Virus record (IMG/VR): IMGVR_UViG_3300043444_000140
Span: 32,001 to 96,000 of that record
Reading direction: 5' to 3' (one strand)
Length of the DNA: 64,000 nucleotides
Source of the DNA: a virus
In this document: piece by piece, positions 7,811 to 18,844 of the stretch
How positions within the stretch are numbered: the first letter of the stretch is position 1
Layout of the letters: every line of letters begins with the position of its first letter
Translations under genes and position numbers: made by a program
Notes under the pieces: generated by a model
Told to the model about the DNA's origin: nothing
The model's database searches: none
The model's input: only the letters and a program-made list of their open reading frames with translations

Positions 7811-10800
7811 ATGCCTAGTCAATCTAACATTTACGCTGAAAAAGTTTACAGCGAACACCCAATATCTTTATGGTCACTGGATGACCAACTTGACTACGTT
7901 TCATATATCTCGGAAGAAAATCGTGACGTGTCTACATGGACTGCATCTGGAAATGACGTAGACATTTCATTGTCCACATTGAACATTGGACAAAAGTTTT
8001 CTAATGGGCTCTACAAGATTGTTGCAACCAAGACAGAACTAGAAAGTTTGTCTGAATTTCGGCTACTTAGTCAAAATATTGTAAATCTGGGAGACCTTGA
8101 CGACACCCTGTCAACCTTCTCCATAGGCTCATACTTCTACTCAGATACTGAGTATGTTAAAAGCATTACTATAGGCTATAGGTATGTTGAAGAAATAACC
8201 AATCAGAATGTCTATGTCACTAAAACGTTTGAGACAAACATCAGTAAAAACTGGATATATCTTGCAGAAACGTTCGACATCCCAAACTACACTAGCAACA
8301 TTCAACTGATAATTGACATCAAATACTACGACAGCGAAGATCCACAAACAGAGTACACCTTTTATGTAAATGGACTAAGTCTTGGTCAATGGTCAGAAGA
8401 GTTCCAATCAGAATCTCTAGGACTGTCGTACAAGAGCGACGGCAGTGGCGAGATTATAGACTTTCCAACTGACATCTCTCTCGATGGTGCGACACAGGCA
8501 GTTGTAGCCTCTGCTTATGGATTGCAGGACAACAAGGGGTATTACCTAGCCACACAAAACAAGATTTACGCAAAAAACTCAGGTTTGCCAATGGTATTTG
8601 GATCTGCAAGCGTAACATCATTGCTGTATAACGAAGCCCTACCATCGCTGATCGTTCCAGGAGAAGGATTTCTGAATAGCGTAGGTAAGTATAACTCCTA
8701 CACATTTGAAGCATGGATGCGTATAGACTCAATATCGGTAGAGGCTCACAGAATTTTTGGTCCACTCGGATCTTTGGATGGTGTCTATGTTGATAACGAA
8801 AGAATTTATTTAAAGATATCTGACACTATCAAGTCTGCCACGGTAACTGAGTGGGGAAGACCATCGCTAGTTCACATCAAGTATACTCCAAACAATGTAG
8901 CCTTAGTAATGAATGCACAGGAAATCATTTCTATTGACATAGATGCAGAAGCCCTATACCTTCCAGAGCAAACAGACGCATTTGGTAGAAGCCAAGACTG
9001 GCTAGGGTTCTACGCCTCAGACGACGTGGCTATTGACGTTGATTGCGTTGGAGTGTACCCATATGAAGTAGACAAGACAATGGCAAAAAGAAGATGGGTC
9101 TATGGTCAAAACGTAGAATACCCAGAAAACTTAAACTCGGCATTTGACGGTAAGACAATTGCCATAGATTATCCTAGAGCAAACTACACAACAAACTTTG
9201 TTTTTCCCAAAAACAGTGCATGGTCTAGAGGTATTTCAGAGAACCTATCATTTGCAAATAATTCTATATCTTCCCCAGTCTACTCTTTGCCAGATGTAGT
9301 TCTCGAAAGCGGATCTCCATCCACATGGCTTGTAGATCAGCAAGACTGCCAGTTCGAATCCGACATGTACTTTAGAATGAAGCCAAATGCAAATTGGCAA
9401 GACGTTGACGGGTATTTGTATCTAGATAGTTTGTCTTTTATTAATAAACCAGTTCGTGCATTGTATGGAATTTTTAAATCGGTTCAAGATGTATCATCAG
9501 AAGAGGTACTATTAAAGTTGAGGGACAAGACCAATGGAAACTCCCTATCTGTAACTGTTCTGGGAAACTCTGTCAAGTATAGTCTTTCATACTTTGGTAC
9601 CGAAACAGTTATAAAGTCGGTAAGCGTTGCAACTATTGGTGAAATGTTTGTTGCTGGTATAGACTTTAAAAAAGTGTCTTCTGCATTTGGACAGAGCCTA
9701 GTGTCGTTCCTTTCAAATCAGAACAACCTAGAACTTTTTATTTGTGGAGACTCCCAGCACGGAAGAGTCTTCTCTGGAAATGTTTATAACATCAGCATAT
9801 CTACCGACAGGAATGCTAGAAGTATTGGGTATATGTTCGGTGGCGACGGTATCGCCATAGACAAAGACTCATTCCTAGAGATTGCATACGATGCAGGAAG
9901 CACATACTTTGGAAACAATCCAGACTACTGGTCAGCACTGCTAGATGGCGGAGACCCATACTCAGTAACCTCAGACGCATTCTTTGCCCACACAGCAACA
10001 TACAAACTATATGCAAAAACATTCTTTGACGAATACAGACTTGACATTGCTACTTCTTCTACCTGGGAAGACTTTGTTCCATTGTCAAACTTTGCTAAGT
10101 ATGTCCAGGACGGCACTGAGGCAAGTTATTATGATCTAGACTTTTTGCAATTCAACATTGGTCACCCTGCCCCAGGAAAATTCATAGAACAAAAGACAAA
10201 AGATGGTGCATGGACATATGCCGAACTTCAAGCAGAATATAATACTCCAGTTCAGTATTCTTATGCAGAATTAGACAACGAACTATTTAGCGGATTTGCG
10301 TCCTACGGAGACTTGCAAAAGAAAACAAGAACTCAGTATGTGTACGATACAGAAAACCTTTCAGTTAGAACATACGTTACTTTTCAGTCGCTCTCTGGTG
10401 GTGCGAACACAACACTTGAGTCATACACAAATACAGAGCGAGTCGGTAGCAACAATCTGGTAAAGGCTGGTGACGAGTGGATAAATACCAAATATGAAGT
10501 AATTGACGGTACAGTTATATATCCACCGAAGTCTGTAAACTTCTATGACCTAGCAATTGTTGTTCACGTGGAAATGGTCTCAGATGGAATTTTGACCAAG
10601 CCAGTAAGGGTAACCACAATAGATCTAACTTCTCAAGCACTTGACGTAAAGTCTCCAAGTCCAATAGGGACAAAGTTTGGAATTCCAATTTATCCATATA
10701 CAAAGAATGGCATCTACTTCAACTATAAGGCAGTAAATCCATTCAAGATCTATAAGCAGAGTACGCCGTACCTATTTTTAAATAGAAGTTCTGGAATCGA

Positions 10801-11542
10801 ACTTGTTGGAGATTTTGAGCCATTGGTAAACCGTGGTCTCACAGTGCCATTAAACCCTAGGGCTTCGTCAAAGTTTAGCGTGTCCGCTATGCAAATGCTT
10901 TTTAAATATAGCAAAGACTACTTCCCGTATTCGTCCACCCCAATCTTTGAGATACAGTCAAAGAATTCCTACATAAAGTTCTATTTGGTAGCAACTCAAC
11001 CAGACGGAAAGAGAGCCAAAATCTATGCAATCAACTCCGAGACTGGGCTAGAAGAAAACGGAATAGCATTTTATATTAATGGAAAACTGGTCAAGAGTCC
11101 TACAATTACCGTTAAAGAATGGGCAATGCTTGGAATTTCTTTTGTCAAAAAACTTAGCCTAGACAGTTATTCTGGAGCCTTTAGGCTTAATGGTCCAATT
11201 ATGGTTAACCACATGTCCTACTACCAGTCAAGTGGATTGCAAGAAAAGATATATACAGCATTCAGAGTTTGGGATCGTGTTAAGGAAAACATTGCGTCTG
11301 AAAGCCTGGACTGGACATTCTGGAAGGGTAGCATTCTTGCTGGTCAAACATACTCCTGGAACAACGTTCTGGTGATTGGAACAAACAGTTTTTTTGGAGT
11401 CAGTCTACCTAACATATATAAGACGTATACAGGAACAAACAAGATAGTCTTTGACGACAATAGCGGAATTGCGTTAAGTAGTTACAGGTTTAGAACCTAT
11501 AGAAAACTATCCCAGACTACATTTACTAAGAAGCCATCATAA
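7811..11542 (+). CDS. large virion structural/minor tail protein with probable LamG/concanavalin-like domains
   Basis: 1243 aa, beta-rich; EHPISLWSLDD and YTFEAWMR motifs; SD AGGAG and TGGTAGAAT upstream. Confidence 0.65.
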   Translation: MPSQSNIYAEKVYSEHPISLWSLDDQLDYVSYISEENRDVSTWTASGNDVDISLSTLNIGQKFSNGLYKIVATKTELESLSEFRLLSQNIVNLGDLDDTLSTFSIGSYFYSDTEYVKSITIGYRYVEEITNQNVYVTKTFETNISKNWIYLAETFDIPNYTSNIQLIIDIKYYDSEDPQTEYTFYVNGLSLGQWSEEFQSESLGLSYKSDGSGEIIDFPTDISLDGATQAVVASAYGLQDNKGYYLATQNKIYAKNSGLPMVFGSASVTSLLYNEALPSLIVPGEGFLNSVGKYNSYTFEAWMRIDSISVEAHRIFGPLGSLDGVYVDNERIYLKISDTIKSATVTEWGRPSLVHIKYTPNNVALVMNAQEIISIDIDAEALYLPEQTDAFGRSQDWLGFYASDDVAIDVDCVGVYPYEVDKTMAKRRWVYGQNVEYPENLNSAFDGKTIAIDYPRANYTTNFVFPKNSAWSRGISENLSFANNSISSPVYSLPDVVLESGSPSTWLVDQQDCQFESDMYFRMKPNANWQDVDGYLYLDSLSFINKPVRALYGIFKSVQDVSSEEVLLKLRDKTNGNSLSVTVLGNSVKYSLSYFGTETVIKSVSVATIGEMFVAGIDFKKVSSAFGQSLVSFLSNQNNLELFICGDSQHGRVFSGNVYNISISTDRNARSIGYMFGGDGIAIDKDSFLEIAYDAGSTYFGNNPDYWSALLDGGDPYSVTSDAFFAHTATYKLYAKTFFDEYRLDIATSSTWEDFVPLSNFAKYVQDGTEASYYDLDFLQFNIGHPAPGKFIEQKTKDGAWTYAELQAEYNTPVQYSYAELDNELFSGFASYGDLQKKTRTQYVYDTENLSVRTYVTFQSLSGGANTTLESYTNTERVGSNNLVKAGDEWINTKYEVIDGTVIYPPKSVNFYDLAIVVHVEMVSDGILTKPVRVTTIDLTSQALDVKSPSPIGTKFGIPIYPYTKNGIYFNYKAVNPFKIYKQSTPYLFLNRSSGIELVGDFEPLVNRGLTVPLNPRASSKFSVSAMQMLFKYSKDYFPYSSTPIFEIQSKNSYIKFYLVATQPDGKRAKIYAINSETGLEENGIAFYINGKLVKSPTITVKEWAMLGISFVKKLSLDSYSGAFRLNGPIMVNHMSYYQSSGLQEKIYTAFRVWDRVKENIASESLDWTFWKGSILAGQTYSWNNVLVIGTNSFFGVSLPNIYKTYTGTNKIVFDDNSGIALSSYRFRTYRKLSQTTFTKKPS

Positions 11543-11560
11543 TATGGTATACTAGTGGTT

Positions 11561-11938
11561 ATGAATAATGAAAAACCACGCTTTCCTGGTCAAATTGGTG
11601 ACTCAAAAGTAACAGTATTAGACAAGCAGTATGAATGGGGCATCTATGTTTGGATCAAGGCAAACGGAAAGCCATTTACAGACGGACATGGTAGCGTACT
11701 AAACATCCCATCTCACAGAGGCGACGGTATTCAAATAGAAAAACTTAAGAGAGAAGCAGCATACCTAGGTCAGCCCGATGGTCGTGCCGAGTTCTATCCA
11801 GGTATGGCAAGAATTTCAGAAGAAGAGTACTCTGAGCAGGTAGACAGAATGAAGAATGGTCTTATTCCAAACCTTAACGATCTAGGTGCTGTACAAGCAG
11901 CGAAAGATACTATCGCAATGTATGGAGATGAAGAGTAA
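11561..11938 (+). CDS. conserved hypothetical protein preceding the portal
   Basis: ATG 11561 lies 7 nt after TGGTATACT (leaderless); coupled to the portal by TAATG. Confidence 0.7.
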   Translation: MNNEKPRFPGQIGDSKVTVLDKQYEWGIYVWIKANGKPFTDGHGSVLNIPSHRGDGIQIEKLKREAAYLGQPDGRAEFYPGMARISEEEYSEQVDRMKNGLIPNLNDLGAVQAAKDTIAMYGDEE

Positions 11939-13581
11939 TGTCAGAGCACTATATCCGTGACCTTGGGCTAGACGAACTGCAAAAGCAGGATGACACCTTT
12001 AAGGCACAAGACCCATTCAATCGTTCATGGGAAGAACTTAAGGGATTCTCTGGTATTGAGAAAAACTTTAAGCGTAGAACAGATAGAATCGAAAAGGCTA
12101 ATAATGACTCTGTCGTAGAGAGCACCCTACAGTACAACAATGTTGACGTAACCTCACTAGGCTACCAGGACAGTGCTTTGGCTGTACGTGGCGGTATCAA
12201 TGGAGCATCTTCAAAGGAAATTAATCCAGGTAAGGTATACCGCAATGGATATGGTCTATTCGACGTAATTACCCCACCATGGAACCTATACGAACTATCA
12301 AACTATTACGACAGATCATTTGCTAACCACGCAGCAATTGATGCTAAGGTAGAAAACATTGTTGGTCTAGGATATGACATGCAGGCTACCCAGAGAGTCC
12401 TAATGGCTCTTGAGGCATCTGACAATCCATCTGCAACAGACAAGGCACGTAAGCGTATAGAACGTGCAAAGGTAGAGGTCAAGGAGTGGTTCGAATCACT
12501 TAACTCTGACGAGTCAATGACATCAACCTTTATGAAGGTTTGGACAGACTATGAGTCTACTGGAAATGGATATCTAGAAATTGGTAGAACTATTACTGGA
12601 GAGATTGGCTATGTAGGTCACATCCCTGCTACAACAATGCGTGTACGTCGCTTGCGTGACGGATACATCCAGATCATTGGAAATAAGGTTGTTTACTTCC
12701 GTAACTTTGGTGCAAAGAACGTAAACCCAATCACAAACGATCCACGACCAAACGAAATTATTCACATTAAGCAGTATTCGCCATTGAACTCTTTCTATGG
12801 AGTCCCAGACATCCTTGCTGCTATTGGGGCATTGCAGGGTGACCTGCTTGCGTCACAGTACAACATTGACTACTTCACCAACAAGGGTGTGCCTCGCTAT
12901 ATCGTAACTCTTAAGGGTGCAAAACTTTCAGAAGAGGCAGAGGACAAGATGTTCCGATTCCTACAGACAAGCCTAAAGGGACAGAACCACAGAACTCTAT
13001 ACATTCCACTTCCAGGAGACTCAGATACCAATAAGGTTGAGTTTAAGATGGAGGCAGTCGAAAGCGGTACACAAGAGGCATCGTTCAACGAATACCGTAT
13101 CCGTAACCGTGACGACATTCTAGTTGCTCACCAGGTACCTCTATCAAAGATTGGTGGCGGTGACTCAGCAGCCATTGCTGCAGCACTAGCACAAGACCGC
13201 ACATTCAAGGAGCAGGTAGCCAGACCAGCACAACGCAACCTTGAGAAGGTACTTAACAAGATCATCAAAGAGAAGACAGACATTGTTGAACTCAAGTTTA
13301 ATGAACTGACCCTGACAGATGAAATTGCACAGTCACAGATTATCGAGCGTTACGTTCGTAATCAGGTTATGACTAGAAACGAAGCACGTGAAGTTCTTGG
13401 TCTTCCACAGATGGAGGAGGCAGACGAGTTTCTTGAGTTGAACGCAAGACAGGCTGCAGACGCTACAGCAAACACAGCACAGACCAGACAGAGGGACGCA
13501 GAGAGAAGTTCAAACTCTTCGGACAACTCTGCAACGGTTGCTGGTAGAAATCCGAAAGGTGAAGGACGCTCCGTTCAATAA
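11938..13581 (+). CDS. portal protein
   Basis: DYESTGNGYLEI, HIPATTMRV, NEIIHIK..YGVPD, YFTNKGVP, RNEAREVLGLP: typical HK97/PBSX-type portal motifs. Confidence 0.92.
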   Translation: MSEHYIRDLGLDELQKQDDTFKAQDPFNRSWEELKGFSGIEKNFKRRTDRIEKANNDSVVESTLQYNNVDVTSLGYQDSALAVRGGINGASSKEINPGKVYRNGYGLFDVITPPWNLYELSNYYDRSFANHAAIDAKVENIVGLGYDMQATQRVLMALEASDNPSATDKARKRIERAKVEVKEWFESLNSDESMTSTFMKVWTDYESTGNGYLEIGRTITGEIGYVGHIPATTMRVRRLRDGYIQIIGNKVVYFRNFGAKNVNPITNDPRPNEIIHIKQYSPLNSFYGVPDILAAIGALQGDLLASQYNIDYFTNKGVPRYIVTLKGAKLSEEAEDKMFRFLQTSLKGQNHRTLYIPLPGDSDTNKVEFKMEAVESGTQEASFNEYRIRNRDDILVAHQVPLSKIGGGDSAAIAAALAQDRTFKEQVARPAQRNLEKVLNKIIKEKTDIVELKFNELTLTDEIAQSQIIERYVRNQVMTRNEAREVLGLPQMEEADEFLELNARQAADATANTAQTRQRDAERSSNSSDNSATVAGRNPKGEGRSVQ

Positions 13582-13633
13582 ATGTGTTATAATAAAGTAA
13601 CAAAGTTTAAAAAGGGCTCTATAATTAACTAGT

Positions 13634-14965
13634 ATGACTATTTCAAAAGCACATTGGGACACTGAAGGCGAAAACGTTCGCCTATCAATGCCGTTCAGCA
13701 AGGTTGATCAGGAACGTCGCATCGTTTCTGGCTTCGCCACGCTTGACAATGTTGACAGACAAAAAGACATTGTTACAGCAGAAGCCTCTATGAAGGCTTT
13801 CTCTAAGTTCCGTGGGAACATTCGTGAAATGCACCAGCCACTAGCAGTAGGCAAGATGGTAGCGTTCAGAGAAGACAAGTATTTTGACCCTGAGACCAAG
13901 AAGTTCTATTCTGGTGTTTATGTTTCTGCATACGTCTCAAAGGGTGCACAGGACACCTGGGAGAAGGTACTTGATGGTACCCTTTCAGGTTTTTCAATTG
14001 GCGGTAGAATGAATAAGTACGAAGATGCTTATGACGAGAAGATGGATTCTGCCATTCGTATTATTAAGGAGTATGACCTACATGAACTTTCATTGGTAGA
14101 CACTCCAGCAAATCAATTTGCAAATATCCTATCTGTTCAAAAGGTGGATGGCGTAGACACCATCAAGGGTGATGTTGCTAACGTAGAAATTGAAAACGTA
14201 TTCTGGGATCCAGAATCTGGAGTTGTTAAGATTTCAGAGAACGAGGTTGAGGTAAGCCCAGCCACAGGAAACCAAATGCAAAATATAGGTTTTGTCGAAA
14301 AGTCAGATAATGAAAAACTAGACATGATAAAGTTCTTAGTTGACAGTGCTAAAGGCATTAATACTAAGATGAATAAGGAGGCTAGTCCTATGAATGAAAC
14401 AACAAACGAAGTAGCAGTTGAAGAAACTGTTGCAGTTGAAGAAACACAGGTCGCTCCAGAGGCAGATGCTACAGAGGAAGCAGTTGAGGCACCAGCCGAG
14501 ACCGTAGACGCTGTTGAATCAGCAGTTGAGAAGGCAGCAGATGCTGACGAGGACGACGTTCCTGGTACTGAAGTTATGGAAGAATCAGAAGATTCTGACA
14601 AGGACGAGATGACCGAGAAGTCGGAGACTGTTGAAGAAGTATCTAAAGCAGATGCTGTTGCTGAATCAGTAGCAGAGATCAAGAACACTCTAACATCAGC
14701 CTTTAGCGATCTAGCATCAACCATCAAGTCTCTACAGACTCAGGTTGATGAACTAAGCAAGTCTGTGGATTCCGTAAAAAATGAGGTAACGGATTCAAAG
14801 CAGATTTTCAATGAATTTGGAAAGAGAGTGGACGCTGTTGAGGCAGACACCGCTTTCCGCAAGTCTGGCGATCTAGGCGAGATCGTACAGGAAAATGAAC
14901 CAGAACAGGTTCAGAAATCCCTATGGGACGGTCGTTTCCTCAAAACTGCCGATCTATTTAGATAA
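13634..14965 (+). CDS. prohead protease fused to an acidic/coiled-coil scaffold
   Basis: RIVSGFATLDNVD, IREMHQ..AVGK, GFSIGG, ELSLVDTPAN; Glu-rich linker and coiled coil. Confidence 0.88.
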   Translation: MTISKAHWDTEGENVRLSMPFSKVDQERRIVSGFATLDNVDRQKDIVTAEASMKAFSKFRGNIREMHQPLAVGKMVAFREDKYFDPETKKFYSGVYVSAYVSKGAQDTWEKVLDGTLSGFSIGGRMNKYEDAYDEKMDSAIRIIKEYDLHELSLVDTPANQFANILSVQKVDGVDTIKGDVANVEIENVFWDPESGVVKISENEVEVSPATGNQMQNIGFVEKSDNEKLDMIKFLVDSAKGINTKMNKEASPMNETTNEVAVEETVAVEETQVAPEADATEEAVEAPAETVDAVESAVEKAADADEDDVPGTEVMEESEDSDKDEMTEKSETVEEVSKADAVAESVAEIKNTLTSAFSDLASTIKSLQTQVDELSKSVDSVKNEVTDSKQIFNEFGKRVDAVEADTAFRKSGDLGEIVQENEPEQVQKSLWDGRFLKTADLFR

Positions 14966-14996
14966 CAAAATAAAAATCACTCAGGAGGTGAACAAT

Positions 14997-16145
14997 ATGT
15001 CGGAAGAAATTATTAAAAATCAGCCAGGAACATCTGGTAACCTAGGCGGAACCGCCCCAGGTCTTTACCAGGGTCAGGGTGCATTTGCATCAGGTTCAGA
15101 AGATGGTACCAACGTTCCAGGTAACTATACAACCGCTGGTGCAATTGGAAACATTCCAACCGCACTGACAGGTGTAACAAATGGTGCAAACGCTGTCAAT
15201 CCTTCGGGAGAAGCAGGTAGCGGTATCCTTCGTCCAGAACAGGCAAGACGTTTCATTGATTACGTATGGGATGCTACTGTACTCGCCAAGGATGGTCGCC
15301 GTGTGACCATGAGAGCAAACACTATGGAACTTGAAAAGGTTAACGTAGGTGAGCGTGTAATTCGTGCTGCTACTCAGGCTGTTGGTGACTACACCAACGC
15401 TGGTGCAGCATTCACAAAGGTAGAACTTACCACCAAGAAGATTCGTCTTGACTGGGAAGTTTCTGCAGAAGCACTTGAAGACGGTATTGAAGGTGGTGCT
15501 CTAGAGGATCACCTAGTACGTCTTATGACAAATGCATTCGCAAATGACATTGAGGATCTAGCAATCAACGGTACTGGCGACAGTGGCGATGGTGCATTCC
15601 TTGGTATCATGGATGGTTTTGTCAACAAGGCAAAGACCAATGGCGATGCTCACGAGTCAGTAGTAACTGTCTCAGGCAACGCTTGGACTCCAGATGTTAT
15701 GCAGGACATTATCTTGGCTATGCCTCGTAAGTACCGTGCACTTAAGTCTAACCTTAAGTTCTACGCAGGTACTGATGCATTCCAGGGTATTATCAAGCAC
15801 AACGGTACCCTTGCAGACGCAATCGCAGAAGCATTTGCTGGTACTCCAGCAGGTACTCCAGCAAACCGTCAGGCATACCTTGACGGTGCAGGTCAGACAT
15901 TCGGTGGAGCACGTACTACTCGTGTTCTAGGAATTGACGTGCAGGAAGTTCCTTACTACCCTGCAGGTTACGTTGACCTAACATTCCCTCAGAACCGTAT
16001 TTGGGGTTTCCAGAGAGACATCACTGTAAACCGTGAATACAAGCCGAAGAAGGACACAATTGAATACACAGTATTCGTCCGCTTTGGTGTACAGTGGGAA
16101 GAAGAGGATGCAATCGCATTCGCAGACGCTGGTGCAGATTCGTAA
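14997..16145 (+). CDS. major capsid protein
   Basis: SD AGGAGGTG; GILRPEQARRFIDY, LEDGIEG, NDIEDLAING; follows the protease; strong codon bias. Confidence 0.9.
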   Translation: MSEEIIKNQPGTSGNLGGTAPGLYQGQGAFASGSEDGTNVPGNYTTAGAIGNIPTALTGVTNGANAVNPSGEAGSGILRPEQARRFIDYVWDATVLAKDGRRVTMRANTMELEKVNVGERVIRAATQAVGDYTNAGAAFTKVELTTKKIRLDWEVSAEALEDGIEGGALEDHLVRLMTNAFANDIEDLAINGTGDSGDGAFLGIMDGFVNKAKTNGDAHESVVTVSGNAWTPDVMQDIILAMPRKYRALKSNLKFYAGTDAFQGIIKHNGTLADAIAEAFAGTPAGTPANRQAYLDGAGQTFGGARTTRVLGIDVQEVPYYPAGYVDLTFPQNRIWGFQRDITVNREYKPKKDTIEYTVFVRFGVQWEEEDAIAFADAGADS

Positions 16146-16161
16146 TCTGTAACACCCTTTA

Positions 16162-16195
16162 AGAGGGGGCAGGGCTTCGGCTCTGCCCTCTTTTT
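16162..16195 (+). terminator. intrinsic terminator
   Basis: GGGCAGGGC-TTCG-GCTCTGCCC stem then TCTTTTT; TGTTATAAT follows at 16206. Confidence 0.85.
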
Positions 16196-16233
16196 CATTA
16201 TAATCTGTTATAATTAATATTTAGGAGGTTCTT

Positions 16234-16605
16234 ATGTCAGATGAACTAATTAATGAAGAAGAGCAATTTCTAGCACTACTCGCAGAAGAGGCAGAAGAGA
16301 TTGCAGCGAAGAAAGAGGCGGAAGCCACTGAAGAAGTCGCAGAAGAAAAAGAAGAGCCAGTACTTGTAGAAGAAAAGGTTTTTGACGTAGCAGAGGAAAA
16401 GCCTGCAAAGGCTGCAAAGACTGAAAAGAAGTCAGCAGAGAAGACAGTAGCCCTTTTGTCTACAAGAAACGTAAACTGGAATGGCGTTGGTTCTGTACAG
16501 GTTGGTTACAACATTGTTACTGAAGAGCAGGCAGAAAAGTGGCTTACTCGTAACCACATTACTCTTGCAACACCAGAAGACGTTGCCAAGGGGTACGGTC
16601 TATAA
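16234..16605 (+). CDS. hypothetical protein (acidic N-terminus)
   Basis: SD AGGAGG; position after the capsid gene. Confidence 0.75.
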   Translation: MSDELINEEEQFLALLAEEAEEIAAKKEAEATEEVAEEKEEPVLVEEKVFDVAEEKPAKAAKTEKKSAEKTVALLSTRNVNWNGVGSVQVGYNIVTEEQAEKWLTRNHITLATPEDVAKGYGL

Positions 16606-17730
16606 ATGGAGATTTTGAGAGTTCCACCATATCCAATTACAACAACCTGGAATTTGCCAGACAACAACTATGATTACATAGTATATGTTGAGGATTTGGT
16701 GGATCACTCAATTGAAGAGACCACAGTCACATCAAGTTCTACAGGCGTAGTTACCTATGTCTTGCCAGTAGCAAAGGTACAGTTTGATAGACAGTTCCTT
16801 ATCAGATTCTACGATCAAGAACATGAGCACATTATCCTGGAGTCAAATCTTGACATCGTTAGACCATATGTAGACCCAAACACACTGGGCGTAACCGCAT
16901 CTGAGATTTCAGATTACAAGAAATGGGAACTCATTGCAAGATCCCTAATTGACACTCATACAGGCATTGGTTTTTATAACCACAAATCTATCCTTCAGGT
17001 CCAGGGTAATGGACTAGACTACATGCCAGTATGGCGTGACGCAAACCGTGTGCTAAAAGTATACGAGAACAATGCTATGATCTACAATGGAGAAGACGTG
17101 GCAATCTCAATTACCGACTTTGCCACAACAGGAACAGACACAGTCATAGAAACAGCCTCTGCTCACGGTTTCTCAGTTGGAGACTCAATCACTCTAGCAG
17201 GATTTACAGATACGGATTATAACACTACTTATTCGGTTGCCGAAGTTGTGTCTACAACTGAATTTAGAATTGCAACAACTGTAGAGCCAACACTTAACGG
17301 TGCCGAAACAGTAAAGAGAGTTTGGGCTTACACTTTCAAGGTAACACTAGACAACTCTGCTATCGTAAAAGAATTCACAGGATATACAAACATCATCACA
17401 ACAAACTATCCTAGGCTTCCAATTGCTAGAGGAGATTATGCATACGACGAAAGCAATTATGGAACATTCGTAAATGGTGCAGACTATCTGTTTGTTCTCG
17501 ACGAGGGTTTCCGTGCCATTCCACCAGACGTTGAAAGAGCAGCAGCGATGCTTATTGACGATCTGAAGTGTGGTAGATTAGACTACTACCAGAAGTATGT
17601 CACTACATACAACACAGACCAGTATAGAATTCAGTTCGACAAGAAGATGCTAGAAGGAACAGGTAACCTCATAGTAGACAAGATACTTGATAAGTATATG
17701 AAGTCTATTACTAAAGTTGGGGTGCTATAA
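16606..17730 (+). CDS. head-tail adaptor with an inserted beta-barrel module
   Basis: Synteny; IPPDVERAAAMLIDD and TGNLIVDKILDKY C-terminus; insert AHGFSVGDSITLAG. Confidence 0.7.
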   Translation: MEILRVPPYPITTTWNLPDNNYDYIVYVEDLVDHSIEETTVTSSSTGVVTYVLPVAKVQFDRQFLIRFYDQEHEHIILESNLDIVRPYVDPNTLGVTASEISDYKKWELIARSLIDTHTGIGFYNHKSILQVQGNGLDYMPVWRDANRVLKVYENNAMIYNGEDVAISITDFATTGTDTVIETASAHGFSVGDSITLAGFTDTDYNTTYSVAEVVSTTEFRIATTVEPTLNGAETVKRVWAYTFKVTLDNSAIVKEFTGYTNIITTNYPRLPIARGDYAYDESNYGTFVNGADYLFVLDEGFRAIPPDVERAAAMLIDDLKCGRLDYYQKYVTTYNTDQYRIQFDKKMLEGTGNLIVDKILDKYMKSITKVGVL

Positions 17731-18179
17731 TGCCTACCTGCGAATCAACCAGTTTTACCTTTCCACTGCTTGCAGACATCTTTTACCCAATTGTTGAGCA
17801 AACTGCTTTGGGAAGCATTAAGAAGCAGTGGATTCACGACAAAACTCTAGCCTGTAGCCTAACAACAGCAGGATCAGCACTGGCAGAGGATGTTAAGCCA
17901 AACGTAAACATTACAAAAGAACTTATCTTGCTAGGACGAATTAGGTCAGACATTCGGGTATCAAGTTCAGACTCAAGAAACGCCATCACCAACATCCTGA
18001 TAACAAACATTAGAGATGTAAATGGTAATGAGATATATGTAGAGACATCTGGACCAAGATCTGGAAAGTCTACGCTATTTGAAATTGCAACCAATGAGCC
18101 TTTTATCAATCCTTTTGGCAGTGTCGAATACTACAAGGTAGTTCTCAGAAGATCAGAAAACCAAGGAACTGATGTCTAA
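17730..18179 (+). CDS. putative head closure/stopper protein
   Basis: Synteny and size; TAATG coupling. Confidence 0.55.
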   Translation: MPTCESTSFTFPLLADIFYPIVEQTALGSIKKQWIHDKTLACSLTTAGSALAEDVKPNVNITKELILLGRIRSDIRVSSSDSRNAITNILITNIRDVNGNEIYVETSGPRSGKSTLFEIATNEPFINPFGSVEYYKVVLRRSENQGTDV

Positions 18180-18844
18180 TGTTAACAATGAGCCTAGACC
18201 TTAAAGCATTTAACAAGGATATGAAAAATATTCTGGCATACTCTAATGGATTTCTAGAAGGTGCAGAGAGAGCCAAGCCAGCACTACTGGGTCTGCTTGG
18301 TGCTAGAATTTCAGAAATGCTAAAAGAGTTTGTAGACTCAAATGCCAGGGTGAACCCAGAGACACTTCACCACGTATATGAGTGGTATCAAACAGGAAGT
18401 CCAAACTCAAGACTATTTGAAATTAACTACACAGTTACAGGAGGTGGACTATCAATGTCTTCCTCATTCAGTCAATCCAGAAGCATTAAGTCTGGATCAA
18501 GGGTGCCATTCTACAACAAGGCTTTTATCATGGAGAATGGTGTTCCTGTAACAATTACACCAAAGACAAAGTTGGTTTTTGACGTTGATGGAGAGACCGT
18601 CTTTACGTCAAAGCCAGTAACTGTCAATAATCCTGGAGGACCAACAAAGGGTGAATACCAAAAGGTATTCGATTTATTCTTTGACGTATACCTAAAGCAG
18701 TCATTTTTGAATGATGCAGGCATTCTTGGAAACCTAAGACAGGCAAAAGATTTTGACGCTAAGTTTTCGTCTGCAAAACGTGGGGGCAGGGCATTAGGAC
18801 TAACAACAGGGTATAATTGGATGATGAAGGCAGGTAAAGAATAA
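18179..18844 (+). CDS. putative neck/tail completion protein
   Basis: Synteny; LHHVYEW motif. Confidence 0.55.
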   Translation: MLTMSLDLKAFNKDMKNILAYSNGFLEGAERAKPALLGLLGARISEMLKEFVDSNARVNPETLHHVYEWYQTGSPNSRLFEINYTVTGGGLSMSSSFSQSRSIKSGSRVPFYNKAFIMENGVPVTITPKTKLVFDVDGETVFTSKPVTVNNPGGPTKGEYQKVFDLFFDVYLKQSFLNDAGILGNLRQAKDFDAKFSSAKRGGRALGLTTGYNWMMKAGKE

